Positions 20,319 through 30,667 of a DNA stretch of 64,000 nt are shown here, piece by piece. The notes under the pieces were generated by a model. That model was not told the origin of the DNA. It worked only from the letters and a program-made list of their open reading frames with translations, and did not search any database. Position 1 is the stretch's first letter; every line of letters starts with the position of its first letter. The translations under genes were made by a program, and so were the position numbers. The stretch comes from an uncultured Methanolobus sp. (lineage in GTDB: Archaea; Halobacteriota; Methanosarcinia; Methanosarcinales; Methanosarcinaceae). The stretch spans positions 2,016,001 through 2,080,000 of the forward strand of contig OY776215.1 of assembly GCA_963675495.1 (NCBI GenBank). The letters are read 5' to 3'.

Positions 20319-20908
20319 TCCTTACTTATTCCAAGAAGATCATATAGATCATCAGGTTTTTCGAGGAGGGTTATATTTTCCATCTGTCCCAGCTTTTCAG
20401 TATTGGAGACATCAACATCGCGCATTTTCAGCTCCATAATGCGACCTTCAGGTGATGCTGTTTTTACAGTGCCTTTCTTTTGGTCCACAGGAAGGATGTA
20501 AATGGGGGTTTTTCCTTTCGCAGTTTGTGCAACAGCGTTTGTGACAAGTGTGTCAGCAATGCCATATACTATCTTGGCAACAGTATTTGCAGTGCAAGGA
20601 GCAATGATGAGCGCATCGTAGTGTCCTACCTGCAGTGGTCCTGCTATAAAGGGAGAATTTGGTCCAGCGCCGGTCTTGAAATTAGGGAAATCCCTCTGGA
20701 TATCATTCCACATACGATACCATTTCATAACTGTCTCGCCTTCTTTGGATAAGAATACCATTATCTCGATATTACTCTTCTTCTTGATGTCAACCATTGC
20801 ATCATATGTCTCTTTGATCAGGTCTCCTGATCCGGTAATTCCCCATGCTATCCTTTTCATGATTTTTGCTGCCTCCTCTTCTTCCTTAAAATAAGGTTCA
20901 ATATCCAA
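20315..20908 (-). CDS. afpA: Archaeoflavoprotein AfpA
   Basis: IAWGITGSG, APCTANTVAKIVYGIADTLVTN, ILPVD. Confidence 0.88.
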   Translation of the reverse strand: MDIEPYFKEEEEAAKIMKRIAWGITGSGDLIKETYDAMVDIKKKSNIEIMVFLSKEGETVMKWYRMWNDIQRDFPNFKTGAGPNSPFIAGPLQVGHYDALIIAPCTANTVAKIVYGIADTLVTNAVAQTAKGKTPIYILPVDQKKGTVKTASPEGRIMELKMRDVDVSNTEKLGQMENITLLEKPDDLYDLLGISKD

Positions 20909-21596
20909 TCAATGATTCCTTGTTTATCATGCTGTCAGGTATTTTCATATCGTGGAGCATTTCCATCATTGAGTCCACCATAGGAGGTGGTCCGCATACG
21001 TAGAAAATTCTTTCTGCGTAGTCAGGTAGTTCTCTTACGATCATGCTTTCACATATGCGCTCTCTGCACCCTGTCCAGTTTCCTGAAGCCCTTGTTAGTG
21101 TATTGAAAAAGGTAAGATTTGTATTTTGTTTTTGCATCTCTTCAAGTTCTTCTGTAAATATCATATCCTTTTCTGCTTTGTCACTGCATATCAGCATGAT
21201 ATTCGTGCTGAGCTTCATATCAGTGCAATACTTACAGATGCTTATCATAGGGGTAATGCCTATGCCTCCGCTAAGAAGTGCTATTTTTTCATACTCGCCT
21301 TCAAAGGTCATTTTTCCGAATGGACCACTTATAAGTGCGGTATCACCTATTACCATGGCATCCAGCAAATTTGAAAATTCATGGCCTGTAAGTTTCTTTG
21401 TAAATTCGAGATGGTCTTTTTCCGTAGGGCTGCTTGACAGGGTGAAAGCCTTGCTAAGTTTCTTCCCATTTGAATTAAGCGTCACTGTGACATACTGCCC
21501 GGCTTTGTAATCAAAAGCCTCCGGTTTTTTGAACCTGAAACTTTTCACATTGTATGACCGTTTGATGATTTCGGTCACAGGTTCTTCGAATTTCAA
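20898..21596 (-). CDS. FNR-like FAD/NAD(P)-binding oxidoreductase
   Basis: AGQYV, FTLSS, GPFG, GGIGITP, YVCGPPPM; TTG start. Confidence 0.9.
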   Translation of the reverse strand: MKFEEPVTEIIKRSYNVKSFRFKKPEAFDYKAGQYVTVTLNSNGKKLSKAFTLSSSPTEKDHLEFTKKLTGHEFSNLLDAMVIGDTALISGPFGKMTFEGEYEKIALLSGGIGITPMISICKYCTDMKLSTNIMLICSDKAEKDMIFTEELEEMQKQNTNLTFFNTLTRASGNWTGCRERICESMIVRELPDYAERIFYVCGPPPMVDSMMEMLHDMKIPDSMINKESLIGY

Positions 21597-21606
21597 CTTT
21601 GCACCT

Positions 21607-22227
21607 CTACTTGAGAGCCTTCATAGCTATGGCCGTTTTCATCATCTTATTGATGGTCCTGTGAAGACTTCTTATTCCTTCTGAATCTTCAGCAACCCCT
21701 TCAGCTCCTTTATCCTTTGACCAGAATGTTCCGCCAAGGTTCGACCCGAAAGAACCGCCTGCAACGGGTATCATCTCACTGATGATGTAGAAGTTCAAAA
21801 TATTCTGTATGGCTGGTTCCTGTCCCCCCATCCTGTCCCCGCCAACTGCAGCTGCAGCACCCACTTTGTTCATGAAGGCTTTTGGGTCACGGGCAACAAC
21901 TGCACGGCACCTGTCTATTATCGTCTTTGTCTGGGCACTTAATGTGCCTTGATATACTGGAGTGCCAATGATCCATGCATCAGCCCAGAGCATCTTGTCA
22001 TAGAGTTCGACAAGGTCATCCTTGTGAATACATCCTTCCTTTTTACGTACACAGTAATCACAATGGATGCAGAATTTCATATTTTTGCCACTTGCAGAAA
22101 AATAGTCTACTTCTGCACCGTATTTCTCCTGCGCGTATCTCAGGGCTTCATTGACAACATAGTCTGTGGATTTTTTTCTGGGGCTGCCTGAGATTCCCAG
22201 TAATCGAATGCATGTGTCATCGGACAT
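21607..22227 (-). CDS. Iron-sulfur flavoprotein (Isf)
   Basis: GSPR, CIHCDYCVRKKEGC, TPVY. Confidence 0.9.
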   Translation of the reverse strand: MSDDTCIRLLGISGSPRKKSTDYVVNEALRYAQEKYGAEVDYFSASGKNMKFCIHCDYCVRKKEGCIHKDDLVELYDKMLWADAWIIGTPVYQGTLSAQTKTIIDRCRAVVARDPKAFMNKVGAAAAVGGDRMGGQEPAIQNILNFYIISEMIPVAGGSFGSNLGGTFWSKDKGAEGVAEDSEGIRSLHRTINKMMKTAIAMKALK

Positions 22228-22247
22228 TATGGCACTCCTTTTTGTTT

Positions 22248-22439
22248 TTAATCTAATGTTATTGATTCTGTGGGGCAGGCATCAACACAGTTACCACATT
22301 CCACACAGTCATCAGGACGTGCGATTACGGATTTGAGGTTTCCATTCTCGTCTGCTTCAATGTCTATAACATCTGTAGGGCATGATTCTGCACATGCTCC
22401 TATTCCTTCACATTTGTTCTTGTCTACTTTAGGTGGCAT
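22248..22439 (-). CDS. Dicluster ferredoxin
   Basis: CEGIGACAESCP and CVECGNCVDACP. Confidence 0.9.
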   Translation of the reverse strand: MPPKVDKNKCEGIGACAESCPTDVIDIEADENGNLKSVIARPDDCVECGNCVDACPTESITLD

Positions 22440-22455
22440 TTTTTATTTTCTCCGA

Positions 22456-23865
22456 TTATTTTCTTTTGAATATGTACATCATCAACATAAAAACCATGCA
22501 AGCAGTGAATATACTGAAACCTGGTGTTGATTCGTTTCTATCTTCCGGGGTTGTGTCTGGATCATATATTGTAGCTGACATCTCATTCATATTGATTACA
22601 GGTACCTCATACATTCCCTCTCCAAACAGGTGGTCGATCGTATACTGAGGTGCTGACCTGTAATTGAGGCTGGTCTCGACCTTAAGCGGATAAACAACAT
22701 TATTGGGCATGATGAATGTGTGCTCTTCTATCACTGTCTCCTTTGGTCCTATCCTGTTGTCTTCCAGTACTCTGTCGGCAAGCCAGAAACTATCAGTTGC
22801 ATTGCCTTCACTGTCACCTAGTACATTATTGTAGATTATCTTTGCAGACTCTATGTTCCCTTCCGTGTCAAGGGTTCCAGCACTGTAGAGCTCCTTATCT
22901 TCGCCGTCAGTGACGATTACTTCAAGCCATATTTGCCTGATCTCAGAAACGCCGGTTGGTATATTGTGTCCTGCTCCTGAATTCGTGATGGCTGCCTTGA
23001 TAGTAACTTCTTCGCCAGCGGACGCTATCTCAGGTACATCTACATCCAGTGTCGCAGTGTTTTGTAATCTTTCAACCGCCATATCTGCAATATTTTCAGC
23101 ACCGAACATTACAGGGATAAATGCGTTTCCACCTACAATGTCATGTGATGAGATGTGATCTCTTTTAGGGGCACCTGATCCTGCACGGCCCGGATTTGCC
23201 TTGAACTCTGTGATCCCTTCTGTCATATGGCAATCCTGGCATACCACATTATCCTCGGCGTACTGACTGTCTTTCCATGCTGGATATGTGTCATCTATGA
23301 CAAGTCCGTTTACAGGATGTATAACTTCGTGACACATTCCACAATATTCTGATTGGGTATAAAGCTCAAGATATTCGGATTCATGATAGGCTGACTTTGA
23401 GTCACTGAGAGGTCCCCATTTAGTATCTCCGGGGCTTACTATGAACTGGGCGTTACCTGTTCCTTCACTTCCTGAGACCACATGGCAGAAATCACACTGA
23501 ACTCCGAGTTTAGATATGTCACTCATTTCAGACCCATCTACAGGGGGAATCTCACCGGACACCACGCCTATGGGTGTGTGACAACGGGAACAGAATTCAT
23601 CTACTAATCCGTCAGTATCGGCGCTCGCAACCTTTACCTCTTCCAGGTAGAAAGGGTCAAGATATGCATTGAAATGCATTGTACCTTCCCATTCTCCGTA
23701 AATGATCGCATGACATTGTCTGCACCTGCTTTCATAAGTGAAATCATCAGCAGATAATTCCCCGAATTTTGTGGCTTCTTCTGCAGCTGCAAACCCACTG
23801 CAAATGGATAATAATACAATGCTTGCCACAAAAAAAAGTCTGCATCTTACAACAGTCCCCCTCAT
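22456..23865 (-). CDS. Secreted pentaheme c-type cytochrome with PGF-CTERM anchor
   Basis: Signal peptide; five CxxCH (CRQCH, CSRCH, CDFCH, CGMCH, CQDCH); C-terminal TPGF-TM-KRK. Start 23865 inferred; ORF extends to 23940. Confidence 0.9.
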   Translation of the reverse strand: MRGTVVRCRLFFVASIVLLSICSGFAAAEEATKFGELSADDFTYESRCRQCHAIIYGEWEGTMHFNAYLDPFYLEEVKVASADTDGLVDEFCSRCHTPIGVVSGEIPPVDGSEMSDISKLGVQCDFCHVVSGSEGTGNAQFIVSPGDTKWGPLSDSKSAYHESEYLELYTQSEYCGMCHEVIHPVNGLVIDDTYPAWKDSQYAEDNVVCQDCHMTEGITEFKANPGRAGSGAPKRDHISSHDIVGGNAFIPVMFGAENIADMAVERLQNTATLDVDVPEIASAGEEVTIKAAITNSGAGHNIPTGVSEIRQIWLEVIVTDGEDKELYSAGTLDTEGNIESAKIIYNNVLGDSEGNATDSFWLADRVLEDNRIGPKETVIEEHTFIMPNNVVYPLKVETSLNYRSAPQYTIDHLFGEGMYEVPVINMNEMSATIYDPDTTPEDRNESTPGFSIFTACMVFMLMMYIFKRK

Positions 23866-23947
23866 TTCCAATCCTCTCAATAGTATAATATTATGCGATA
23901 AATTGAACGATAAAGAGGAACCAGATTGGTCCCTCTTCATGGTATTT

Positions 23948-24322
23948 TTATTTGAGCAGCTTCAATGCATCTCTGCATGCAGCAACTGCGGGAGCTCCGG
24001 ATGTAATGAAAATAACATCCATTGTCTCCATTATCTCTTCTTTTGTTGCCCCGTTCTTCAGAGCACTCTTCATCTGTGATGCAACACAACGTTCACACTG
24101 CTTTGATGCAACGACAGCAAGAGCCATTAATATCTTTGTTTTAGCAGGCAGTGCACCGTCACTGAGTATCTTGTTGTTGCACATGTTGTACTTGTGAAGG
24201 AACTCAGGTTCCAGCTCTCCAAGTGTTTCCAGTATCTGGGGTGTGAATCCTAATTTGTCCGACATGTCGTCAATGATCTCTCTGTGTCCGCCACATCCTT
24301 TTCCTTTATTTTCTCCGCACAT
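23948..24322 (-). CDS. CMD/AhpD-family protein (MdrA-like disulfide reductase)
   Basis: [13 protein letters not shown]...CERC, GATKEEI.E. Confidence 0.88.
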
Positions 24323-24354
24323 AATTTATCCTCCGTGTTATTAATCAATTATAA

Positions 24355-24573
24355 TCAGTCAAATCCGTCTTCGATCGTCTGGCCGAAGCAGTAGTGGCAC
24401 AGAATCCTTGGCAATCCGTTTGGAAGCCTTTGAACATGGGGTGGCTGACCTACTGACACCGGGAGTTCGAGTTCCTTCGTGTGGTCAGTGCAAAGCCCTT
24501 TTCCACAAGCGATACAGACACATGTTGCTTCTGCGTCTTTTCCTTCTTCCATGCAGTCATAACATTTCATCAT
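24355..24573 (-). CDS. DUF2180-like Cys-rich small protein
   Basis: MKCYDC...CIACGKGLC..H...CHYC. Confidence 0.8.
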   Translation of the reverse strand: MMKCYDCMEEGKDAEATCVCIACGKGLCTDHTKELELPVSVGQPPHVQRLPNGLPRILCHYCFGQTIEDGFD

Positions 24574-24581
24574 AATATCAC

Positions 24582-24821
24582 CTAAAAGTTCTCCACCAGT
24601 GCTTTGTGACAAGACGTGCAGAGTATTTTCTTCCAGTGCTGGACATCTTTGTAGTCACATGCAATTCCCATGCCGCACTTCAGTTTAATGCTGTATTCAC
24701 CTTCCCATACAGGTGTTTCTTCTCTTACCAGATGCTCCTTACAAACACCTCTCCCGCAGATTATGCAGATAGCCAAGGTATCGCTATCTTTTCCGTCTTT
24801 TGAACATTCAAAGCATTTCAT
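24582..24821 (-). CDS. DUF2180-like Cys-rich small protein (paralog)
   Basis: MKCFEC...CIICGRGVC..H...CTSC. Confidence 0.8.
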   Translation of the reverse strand: MKCFECSKDGKDSDTLAICIICGRGVCKEHLVREETPVWEGEYSIKLKCGMGIACDYKDVQHWKKILCTSCHKALVENF

Positions 24822-25188
24822 GATGATCACTCTACTCTAAGTTTAATTTATTCGTAAACGATTCTCATATTCAATTCATATTCTTACAGATAGGCAAGTA
24901 CTCTTCCAGGTAATGACTCAATAACTCCCGGTGCGTCACCTCCTACAAATATGAACAATATTTCATCTGACAGTTACTGAATATATCTGTAACGGTAAAT
25001 ACACATCCATTTTTTACAAAGTGTTATCTTTCTGCAGTTCTTTTTTATTTATTTGGTTCTGATTGAATTATTTATGTGTAAGTATTAATTTTGTCCTGCT
25101 CTTTGCGGATTGTCTTTATATGCAATGATAATATTAAACCAACAAAGTTTTAAATATGTATAGATACCTGAATAGCAACACTCTTTAG

Positions 25189-26181
<993 letters not shown>

Positions 26182-26209
26182 ACAAAAAAAAGAACGTCGG
26201 AGGCAGCTA

Positions 26210-27238
26210 ATGGCCCATCCAAAAATATTAGAGGTCATTGAGCACGACGTCTGTACTGCTTGTGGGGCATGTGTATCAACATGTCCTGCTGGTGCTATCA
26301 TTATGAACAAGCATGCAGAAGTCCGTGACCCAGATAATTTAGAACTATATGTCCAGGGAGCAGCACCTGATGTATGTGAGGGATGTCTCACATGCGGCAG
26401 ATTATGTCCTGTTATCGATGGATATGTAGAGGATGAATTTGCAAATGTAAAAGAGTTCTTTGGAGCAAAGAGCACAATATCCGGTCAGGATGGTGGTGTA
26501 ACATCACTACTGGCAAAAGCTTTGCTCGAGACCGGTGCAGTAGATTGCATCGTCGGTATCACTAAGGATGAGAAATGGGGTACTGAGCTTATAGTTATGA
26601 CCAAACCGGAAGATGTTGACGGGACAACAGGTACCAAGTATACCTATGATTCAGTTCTTTCAGCACTAAGGGAACCTTTTGAGAAATACGATAAAATCGG
26701 CGTAATTGGTGTACCATGCCAGGCGCACGGCGCACGTCTCATTATGGAAAATAACAATGACAAGATCGTTGTCATTCTTGGTCTGTTGTGCATGGAAAGT
26801 TTCTATCACGATATTATGGCAGAGAAGATCGTTCCTGAAGTAATGGGACTTAACCTTGAAGATGTCGTAAAAATGGACTTTGGTAAAGGTAAATTCTGGA
26901 ATTACACAAAGGACGGGGAAGCCCACAGTGTGAAGATCCCTGAAGTTGCTCACTATGCAAGAAATCCATGCCACAACTGTTGTGACTATACCTCAGTGTC
27001 TGCTGATATCTCACTTGGTTCAGTAGGTACTCCAGATGGATGGAACTGTGTACTTATACGCACAGAAGAAGGTAAGAAGGTATTTGATCTTGTCAAAGAC
27101 AAGGTTGAGATCATGGAAGATCCTAAACCAGGAATGGACCTGATCAAGAAGCTTGCTAAAATGAAACACGATAACAACTCAGGACACTACTTGGAAGTGT
27201 GTGAGAAGTTCACATTCGATGAATGTGGCATCCACTGA
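26210..27238 (+). CDS. fpoF: F420H2 dehydrogenase subunit F (FrhB family)
   Basis: N-terminal 2x[4Fe-4S], GQDGGVT, GVPCQ, GLLCMESF, ADIS.GSVG; follows mer. Confidence 0.88.
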   Translation: MAHPKILEVIEHDVCTACGACVSTCPAGAIIMNKHAEVRDPDNLELYVQGAAPDVCEGCLTCGRLCPVIDGYVEDEFANVKEFFGAKSTISGQDGGVTSLLAKALLETGAVDCIVGITKDEKWGTELIVMTKPEDVDGTTGTKYTYDSVLSALREPFEKYDKIGVIGVPCQAHGARLIMENNNDKIVVILGLLCMESFYHDIMAEKIVPEVMGLNLEDVVKMDFGKGKFWNYTKDGEAHSVKIPEVAHYARNPCHNCCDYTSVSADISLGSVGTPDGWNCVLIRTEEGKKVFDLVKDKVEIMEDPKPGMDLIKKLAKMKHDNNSGHYLEVCEKFTFDECGIH

Positions 27239-27251
27239 ATGGTTATCACCT

Positions 27252-27770
27252 ATGTATATGAGAAGAGCGTTCTATATCGGACGCTTTCAACCATTTCATC
27301 TCGGACATTATTCCATCATTAATGATATTGCCCGGGATGTGGATGAGGTAGTAATTGGTATAGGCAGTGCGCAGAAAAGCCACGAGCCTAAGAATCCATT
27401 TACTGCTGGTGAGCGCGTAATGATGATCAAGCATGCTCTTGAGGATGCTGATGTGATGCACTACGCCATACCTATAGAAGACCTGCAAAGAAATGCTGTG
27501 TGGGTCTCCCATATTATCTCTATGACCCCTCCTTTTGATGTTGTTTATTCCAATAATCCTCTTGTTGTACGTCTTTTCAAGGAAGCGGGTATCATTGTCA
27601 GACAACCTCCTATGTACCAGAGGGAAGGCTATTCCGGCAGCGAGACCAGAAGACGAATGCTGAATGATGAGGACTGGAGAGTTCTTGTTCCCGAAGCTGT
27701 TGCTGATGTCATTGATGAGATAGATGGCGTGAACCGACTTAAAAGCGTGTCAAAAACAGATATTGATTAG
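27252..27770 (+). CDS. nadM: Nicotinamide-nucleotide adenylyltransferase
   Basis: GRFQPFHLGH, IGSAQ.SH..NPFTAGER. Confidence 0.93.
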   Translation: MYMRRAFYIGRFQPFHLGHYSIINDIARDVDEVVIGIGSAQKSHEPKNPFTAGERVMMIKHALEDADVMHYAIPIEDLQRNAVWVSHIISMTPPFDVVYSNNPLVVRLFKEAGIIVRQPPMYQREGYSGSETRRRMLNDEDWRVLVPEAVADVIDEIDGVNRLKSVSKTDID

Positions 27771-27828
27771 TTATTTTCCTGAATATACCTTAATTAAAAG
27801 AAAGTTCAGGCATAGTAATCCATGCCAA

Positions 27829-28296
27829 TTAACTGTTTTTCGATTCGATACCTTTGCGGATGGCTTCGTTGAATGCTTTTGTGCAGCAATTTCCTGTTGG
27901 ATTTTTCACTTTACACTGGCATTTTCCATCCTTGTCATAGAATTTCCTTATGGTTGCCATATCCTGCATTCCGTGTTCAAGGACTGCTTTTATTACATCG
28001 TCTTCTGTTATACGGCTGCAATAGCAGGCATATTTGGGACTTGCATCTTTCTTGAACCACAATGGAACTTTGATGTCTCTCTTATCAAAGAGCGTACCTT
28101 TCTCATCGTAGTAAGCGACATCACATTCCGGGTCCATGCACAGGTGATAGTCTCCTTTTCCAACTCTTTCCATCTGCTCTTTTTCGACTATATGCCTGAC
28201 CGTGACATTCTTTACAGGGATTCCGATTTCTTTGCAGGTTGGACATGCGACAAAACCGGTTGTGCTTCTTAGAACGGGAATCTGTTTATTAGCCAT
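27829..28296 (-). CDS. CopZ-N-terminal-like Zn/[2Fe-2S] metallochaperone
   Basis: CPTC, C...ECDVAYY, ACYC, C...NPTGNCC. Confidence 0.8.
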   Translation of the reverse strand: MANKQIPVLRSTTGFVACPTCKEIGIPVKNVTVRHIVEKEQMERVGKGDYHLCMDPECDVAYYDEKGTLFDKRDIKVPLWFKKDASPKYACYCSRITEDDVIKAVLEHGMQDMATIRKFYDKDGKCQCKVKNPTGNCCTKAFNEAIRKGIESKNS

Positions 28297-28299
28297 TGT

Positions 28300-29334
28300 T
28301 TAGACATCCGCTTTTATAAGTTCCAATTTAAGGCTCTCAACCGGGTATCCTGAATACTGTCTTTCACTTATGTCGGTATCTTCTTCTACTATTTTGATCG
28401 AGAATCCTGCTTCCTTTATTTTGTTAAGGTAATCCTCTTTTAGCAAAGCTCCGCCAACACAGGCACAGATGAGTTCCTCATTATTCCTGTCCTCTTCCGT
28501 GAGATCCTTCAATAAGACCATATCAGATATGAACATCCTGCCACCTTTTCTGAGTACTCTGTATGCTTCCCTGAATACTCTGGATTTGTCAGGTGTAAGG
28601 TTTATCACGCAGTTGCTTATGATAACGTCAATGGAACCACTTTCAACGGGAAGGTCTTCTATATCTCCTTTCCTGAACTCTACATTTTTATATCCATACT
28701 TTTCAACATTATTTCTGGCCTTTGCAAGCATTTCATCTGTCATATCCACACCAATGACCTTTCCGCCATCGCCTACTTTTCTAACAGCCAGAAAACTGTC
28801 AAATCCTGCTCCTGAACCCAGGTCTAGAACAGTATCGCCTTTTTTGATCTCACCAAGTGCCGTAGGATTTCCACATCCAAGGCCAAGGTTTGCTTCAGAG
28901 AATGATTTTGTTTCTTCAGTGGAATATCCAATAGATGTTGCCACTTGTTCGTTCGTAAGGTCTCCGCAACATCCACATTGTGCAATACCCAATGCGATTT
29001 GACTGTAGCCTTCCTTCACGATAGTCTTCTTCGTTCCCGCATCCATTGAACTTCCCGGGCAGCACGAGTCCACTTTTTCGACTCCGCACTTTTCAAGTAT
29101 TTCTTTCATTTTATCATCCTTTATGCTGTAAATTACGTATCTTCCATCCTTTTCATATCTCAGTATACCTGCTTCACAGAGTATTTTCAAATGCCGGGAT
29201 ACGGTTGTCTGGTCTTTTCCTGTTGTTGTAGAGAAGTCGCAGGCACAGTGGTCCTGCTTCAAAAGGCAACCTACGATAATAAGTCTGGTTTTGTCTCCCA
29301 GGGCTTTGAAGAACTTGGCTTTGTTCTCTTGCAT
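28300..29334 (-). CDS. arsM: ArsR regulator fused to arsenite S-adenosylmethionine methyltransferase
   Basis: N-terminal [19 protein letters not shown]; C-terminal [32 protein letters not shown]. Confidence 0.92.
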   Translation of the reverse strand: MQENKAKFFKALGDKTRLIIVGCLLKQDHCACDFSTTTGKDQTTVSRHLKILCEAGILRYEKDGRYVIYSIKDDKMKEILEKCGVEKVDSCCPGSSMDAGTKKTIVKEGYSQIALGIAQCGCCGDLTNEQVATSIGYSTEETKSFSEANLGLGCGNPTALGEIKKGDTVLDLGSGAGFDSFLAVRKVGDGGKVIGVDMTDEMLAKARNNVEKYGYKNVEFRKGDIEDLPVESGSIDVIISNCVINLTPDKSRVFREAYRVLRKGGRMFISDMVLLKDLTEEDRNNEELICACVGGALLKEDYLNKIKEAGFSIKIVEEDTDISERQYSGYPVESLKLELIKADV

Positions 29335-29342
29335 ACAATTGC

Positions 29343-29366
29343 ATATATGTGCATTTATACATATAT
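29343..29366. promoter_or_regulatory. Putative ArsR operator
   Basis: ATATATGT-N8-ACATATAT inverted repeat just upstream of the arsR-arsM start. Confidence 0.55.
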
Positions 29367-29895
29367 ACTATTGCAAAGCATATTCGTATTTGATAATCTT
29401 ATCTGACCAGTAAAGTTCCTTCAAGAATAGTTACTACTTTTTGTAGTTTGGTATAACTGTGTTATTTTTCAAACAAAGGCTTTGAGATACTTTTGTAATA
29501 TTCAAAAAGTTCACTTCCCCACGCAATAGCATTTTCATCGGCACTGAGTAGTTCCCCATACTCATATTTACCGTTCTGATTGACCATTTTAAATAATAAA
29601 AGTCACCGTTACCACTATATTTATCATTAGTATGTCTTAATTAGAAATAACCACAATGAATGTGGTTATTGATCTGGGTTTATGGGATGCTCAAGCTTTG
29701 ACTGTGTTATTACAAGCACGCTGTAATATTGCAAGGACAATTGTACATTACCATATCTTTTCTATATTCATATGCAATAAACACATTGCACTCAGTTTAT
29801 GATATATAGCTTCTTTTTGTAGTAATTTTACCGATTGTTTTCACGTCCCATTTTCATTAGGAAGGTTGCAGAACTAGAGTAAAAAGGTAATTCCA

Positions 29896-30567
29896 ATGCT
29901 AAATAAGCAAGAGATTATTGCCAAGGCAAAAGAAGCTGTCATGAAATTTGATGACATGGCAGCAAAAGAAGTTGCTAAAAAAGCCCTTGATGCTGGTATT
30001 GATCCTGAGGAGCTAATTGAGCAAGGCTTCACAGCGGCGATGACAACTGTAGGTGAACAGTTTGCAGCAGGTAAATTATTCCTTCCACACGTTAGTGCAG
30101 CAGTCGATGCAATGCAGGCAGCAATTGAGATACTTTTACCTGAAATGGAAAAGACGGGTTCCACACCGAAATCCAGGGGTACAGTTGTTATTGGCACAAT
30201 TGAAGGTGATATCCATTCAATAGGAAAGGATATTGTTGTAACAGCGCTCAAGCTTGCAGGTTACAATGTTGTTGATCTTGGCAGGGATGTGCCTATAGAG
30301 AGCTATGTGAAAAAGGCAAAGGAAGTTAAAGCAGATGTGGTAGCCTCGTCAGCACTTATGACCATTACGATGATCAATCAGGGGCGTATAGAGGAGGAAC
30401 TCAAGGATGCAGGTTTCAGAAACAACGTCAAAACAATGGTTGGTGGTGCACCTGTAACTAAAGAGTGGGCTTACAATATTGGCGCCGACATCTATGCAGA
30501 GAATGCAGGAGATGCTGTGGACAAGATCACTGCATCGCTCAAGGATAAAAAAGTGTTGGATCTATAA
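29896..30567 (+). CDS. Methylotrophic corrinoid protein (MtbC/MttC-like)
   Basis: Helical cap domain, GTIEGDIHSIGK B12 motif, SALMT.TM, VGGAP. Confidence 0.93.
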   Translation: MLNKQEIIAKAKEAVMKFDDMAAKEVAKKALDAGIDPEELIEQGFTAAMTTVGEQFAAGKLFLPHVSAAVDAMQAAIEILLPEMEKTGSTPKSRGTVVIGTIEGDIHSIGKDIVVTALKLAGYNVVDLGRDVPIESYVKKAKEVKADVVASSALMTITMINQGRIEEELKDAGFRNNVKTMVGGAPVTKEWAYNIGADIYAENAGDAVDKITASLKDKKVLDL

Positions 30568-30667
30568 TCAAGTTTCAGTACCATCAATAATTCAAAAAAT
30601 AGAATTTTATCCCAAACGACTACATGCTTGTAATATGAACTTGCAACGTATGCTTTTGCTTTAAGCC

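Noticed and set aside
24851-24862. TTCGTAAACGAT as an MsvR-like box
   Set aside because: Imperfect and too short to support
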